The translations under genes were made by a program, and so were the position numbers. A DNA stretch of 64,000 bases from Longimicrobiales bacterium (lineage in GTDB: Bacteria; Gemmatimonadota; Gemmatimonadetes; Longimicrobiales; Gaopeijiaceae), in assembly GCA_965219445.1 (NCBI GenBank), contig CBDCNQ010000005.1, forward strand, positions 576,001-640,000. Reading direction: 5' to 3'. The notes beneath the pieces are model-generated. The model saw only the letters and a list, made by a program, of their open reading frames with translations, was not told the origin of the DNA and did not search any database. Numbering within the stretch: the stretch's first letter is position 1; every line of letters begins with the position of its first letter. Shown in pieces: positions 62,896 to 64,000 of the stretch.

Positions 62896-63493
62896 AGTCT
62901 TCCTCGTTGAACGCGCGCTCCACAAGGCTGAATCGTCGAAGCCTGGTTGCGGACGGGTCTTCACAATCGACCCAGACGGGGAGGGTGAGCGACCCAGCTT
63001 CATGCGGGTGGAGCGAGACGCCTAGTGGTGGAGCAGTACGGCAGACTGCGATCTCGTCCACCAAGAACGTGCTCTCGCCTAGCGATAGTGCGCCGTACCG
63101 GTCCACGCCCTCAGGATGCTCTAGAGCGTCCCTGACGGAGCTCGAGAGGTCATGTACCGCATCGCCTTGCCTTACTGCGATCCACGCTTCGAGTCCGAGG
63201 ATCACCTCTTGGTAGTCGGGTCGGTAGCTGGCTATTCCGTGGTGCCGACCGCCGACCGGGTCGCGCCGGAGCTTCCGAAGCACGCGCGACGACTCACGGA
63301 CACGGTCCACCATGATCGCGATCCCAGTTCCTCGGTAGTCGGAGTGCGCTCCATCCGTGACACCACAAAGCGAAAGCAGCATTCCGAACACCGTGGCGGG
63401 CGGCGGGACCGGATATGTGTCCTGGTAGTCCCTCGACAGATGCGGACGAAACGAGACGATCGGAACGGACGCCCTGACGACAAACGCGTCCAT
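62870..63493 (-). CDS. cas5: Cas5 (DevS/Cmx5, MYXAN type)
   Basis: VPIVSFR..YQDTYPVPPPATVFGMLLSL, LSLGES. Confidence 0.88.
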   Translation of the reverse strand: MDAFVVRASVPIVSFRPHLSRDYQDTYPVPPPATVFGMLLSLCGVTDGAHSDYRGTGIAIMVDRVRESSRVLRKLRRDPVGGRHHGIASYRPDYQEVILGLEAWIAVRQGDAVHDLSSSVRDALEHPEGVDRYGALSLGESTFLVDEIAVCRTAPPLGVSLHPHEAGSLTLPVWVDCEDPSATRLRRFSLVERAFNEEDYVRLTPGG

Positions 63494-63495
63494 CC

Positions 63496-64000
63496 CTACA
63501 GTCCCAGGTCGCGCCGCAGTCTTGCCTCGGCTTCGTGAAAAGCATCCTTCACGCCCTCGGTGCAGGTGACGCCCGAGGCAGCGAGACTATCCCGCAGCGT
63601 AAGAGCTGCGGGACCCCCGACCACGACTTCGCTGCCATCGATGTCCCCCGAGCGAATGCGTGACAGGAGCGAATCGGCGGTGATCGTACCAAGCTCATCC
63701 TGCTCAAAGCAGTACATGAGCCGAGGAGCCGGGTCGTGCGTCCAGCGCAGCACAATTGCGTCGGGCGAGAAATCGTAGAGATAGCGGCTGTGGTTACCTG
63801 CCACCCGGTGAAGGTCGCGAATACTCTCCAGCGCATCGATGGCGCGCGTGCAATCCTCCAGGGCTTCAGGTGTGAGGGCGAACGAGTATTGGTAGCGCGT
63901 TGCGTGAATCTCGGTCCCGTAAGGGATCGGGTTGGTGTTCCCCGACGACTGCGCGCCGACCGCTGCCGCATTGAAGACGACGTCGCCCGGCCAGGGGCGA
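63496..64000 (-). CDS. cas7: Cas7 (DevR/Cst2), 5' part outside the window
   Basis: PYGTEIHATRYQY, AGNHSRYLYDFSP, WTHDPAPR. Confidence 0.88.
   Translation of the reverse strand, partial: RPWPGDVVFNAAAVGAQSSGNTNPIPYGTEIHATRYQYSFALTPEALEDCTRAIDALESIRDLHRVAGNHSRYLYDFSPDAIVLRWTHDPAPRLMYCFEQDELGTITADSLLSRIRSGDIDGSEVVVGGPAALTLRDSLAASGVTCTEGVKDAFHEAEARLRRDLGL

Noticed and set aside
62032..64000. Type I-B CRISPR-associated transposon
   Set aside because: No tnsABC or tniQ in the window; a cas4-cas1 remnant is present

Overview
GC-rich accessory region with no housekeeping genes, rRNA or complete tRNA: a nested mobile-element and defence island. The left half holds two co-oriented copies (A 1883-12040, B 12041-~22440) plus remnants of a compact ICE-like module: virB5-like, virB6, virB8, wHTH protein, structured leader, virD4, virB11, ardC, Replic_Relax-like relaxase, xis-like gene, Tyr integrase. 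P4-type integrase elements interrupt core genes of this module. The clearest case is a 3.7-kb element (7573-11281) bounded by a 9-bp direct repeat inside the virD4 Walker B codons. The same site is hit again at 33948, and the only intact virD4 carries a synonymous change in it. Two structured non-coding motifs recur across the window (oriT-like x9; a ~93-bp three-stem motif x4 plus a variant). The right half holds a stand-alone UG/Abi-type RT with an HGDD motif between two beta-barrel OMP genes, two PD-(D/E)XK proteins, a type IIG R-M gene split by an IS110 whose bridge-RNA guides match its insertion site, Fic, an OLD-like ATPase pseudogene, an MmeI-like enzyme, and a MYXAN-type I-B CRISPR-Cas with truncated cas1 and an array hit by IS256 and IS21. 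All family calls are by-eye motif recognition; no database searches were run.
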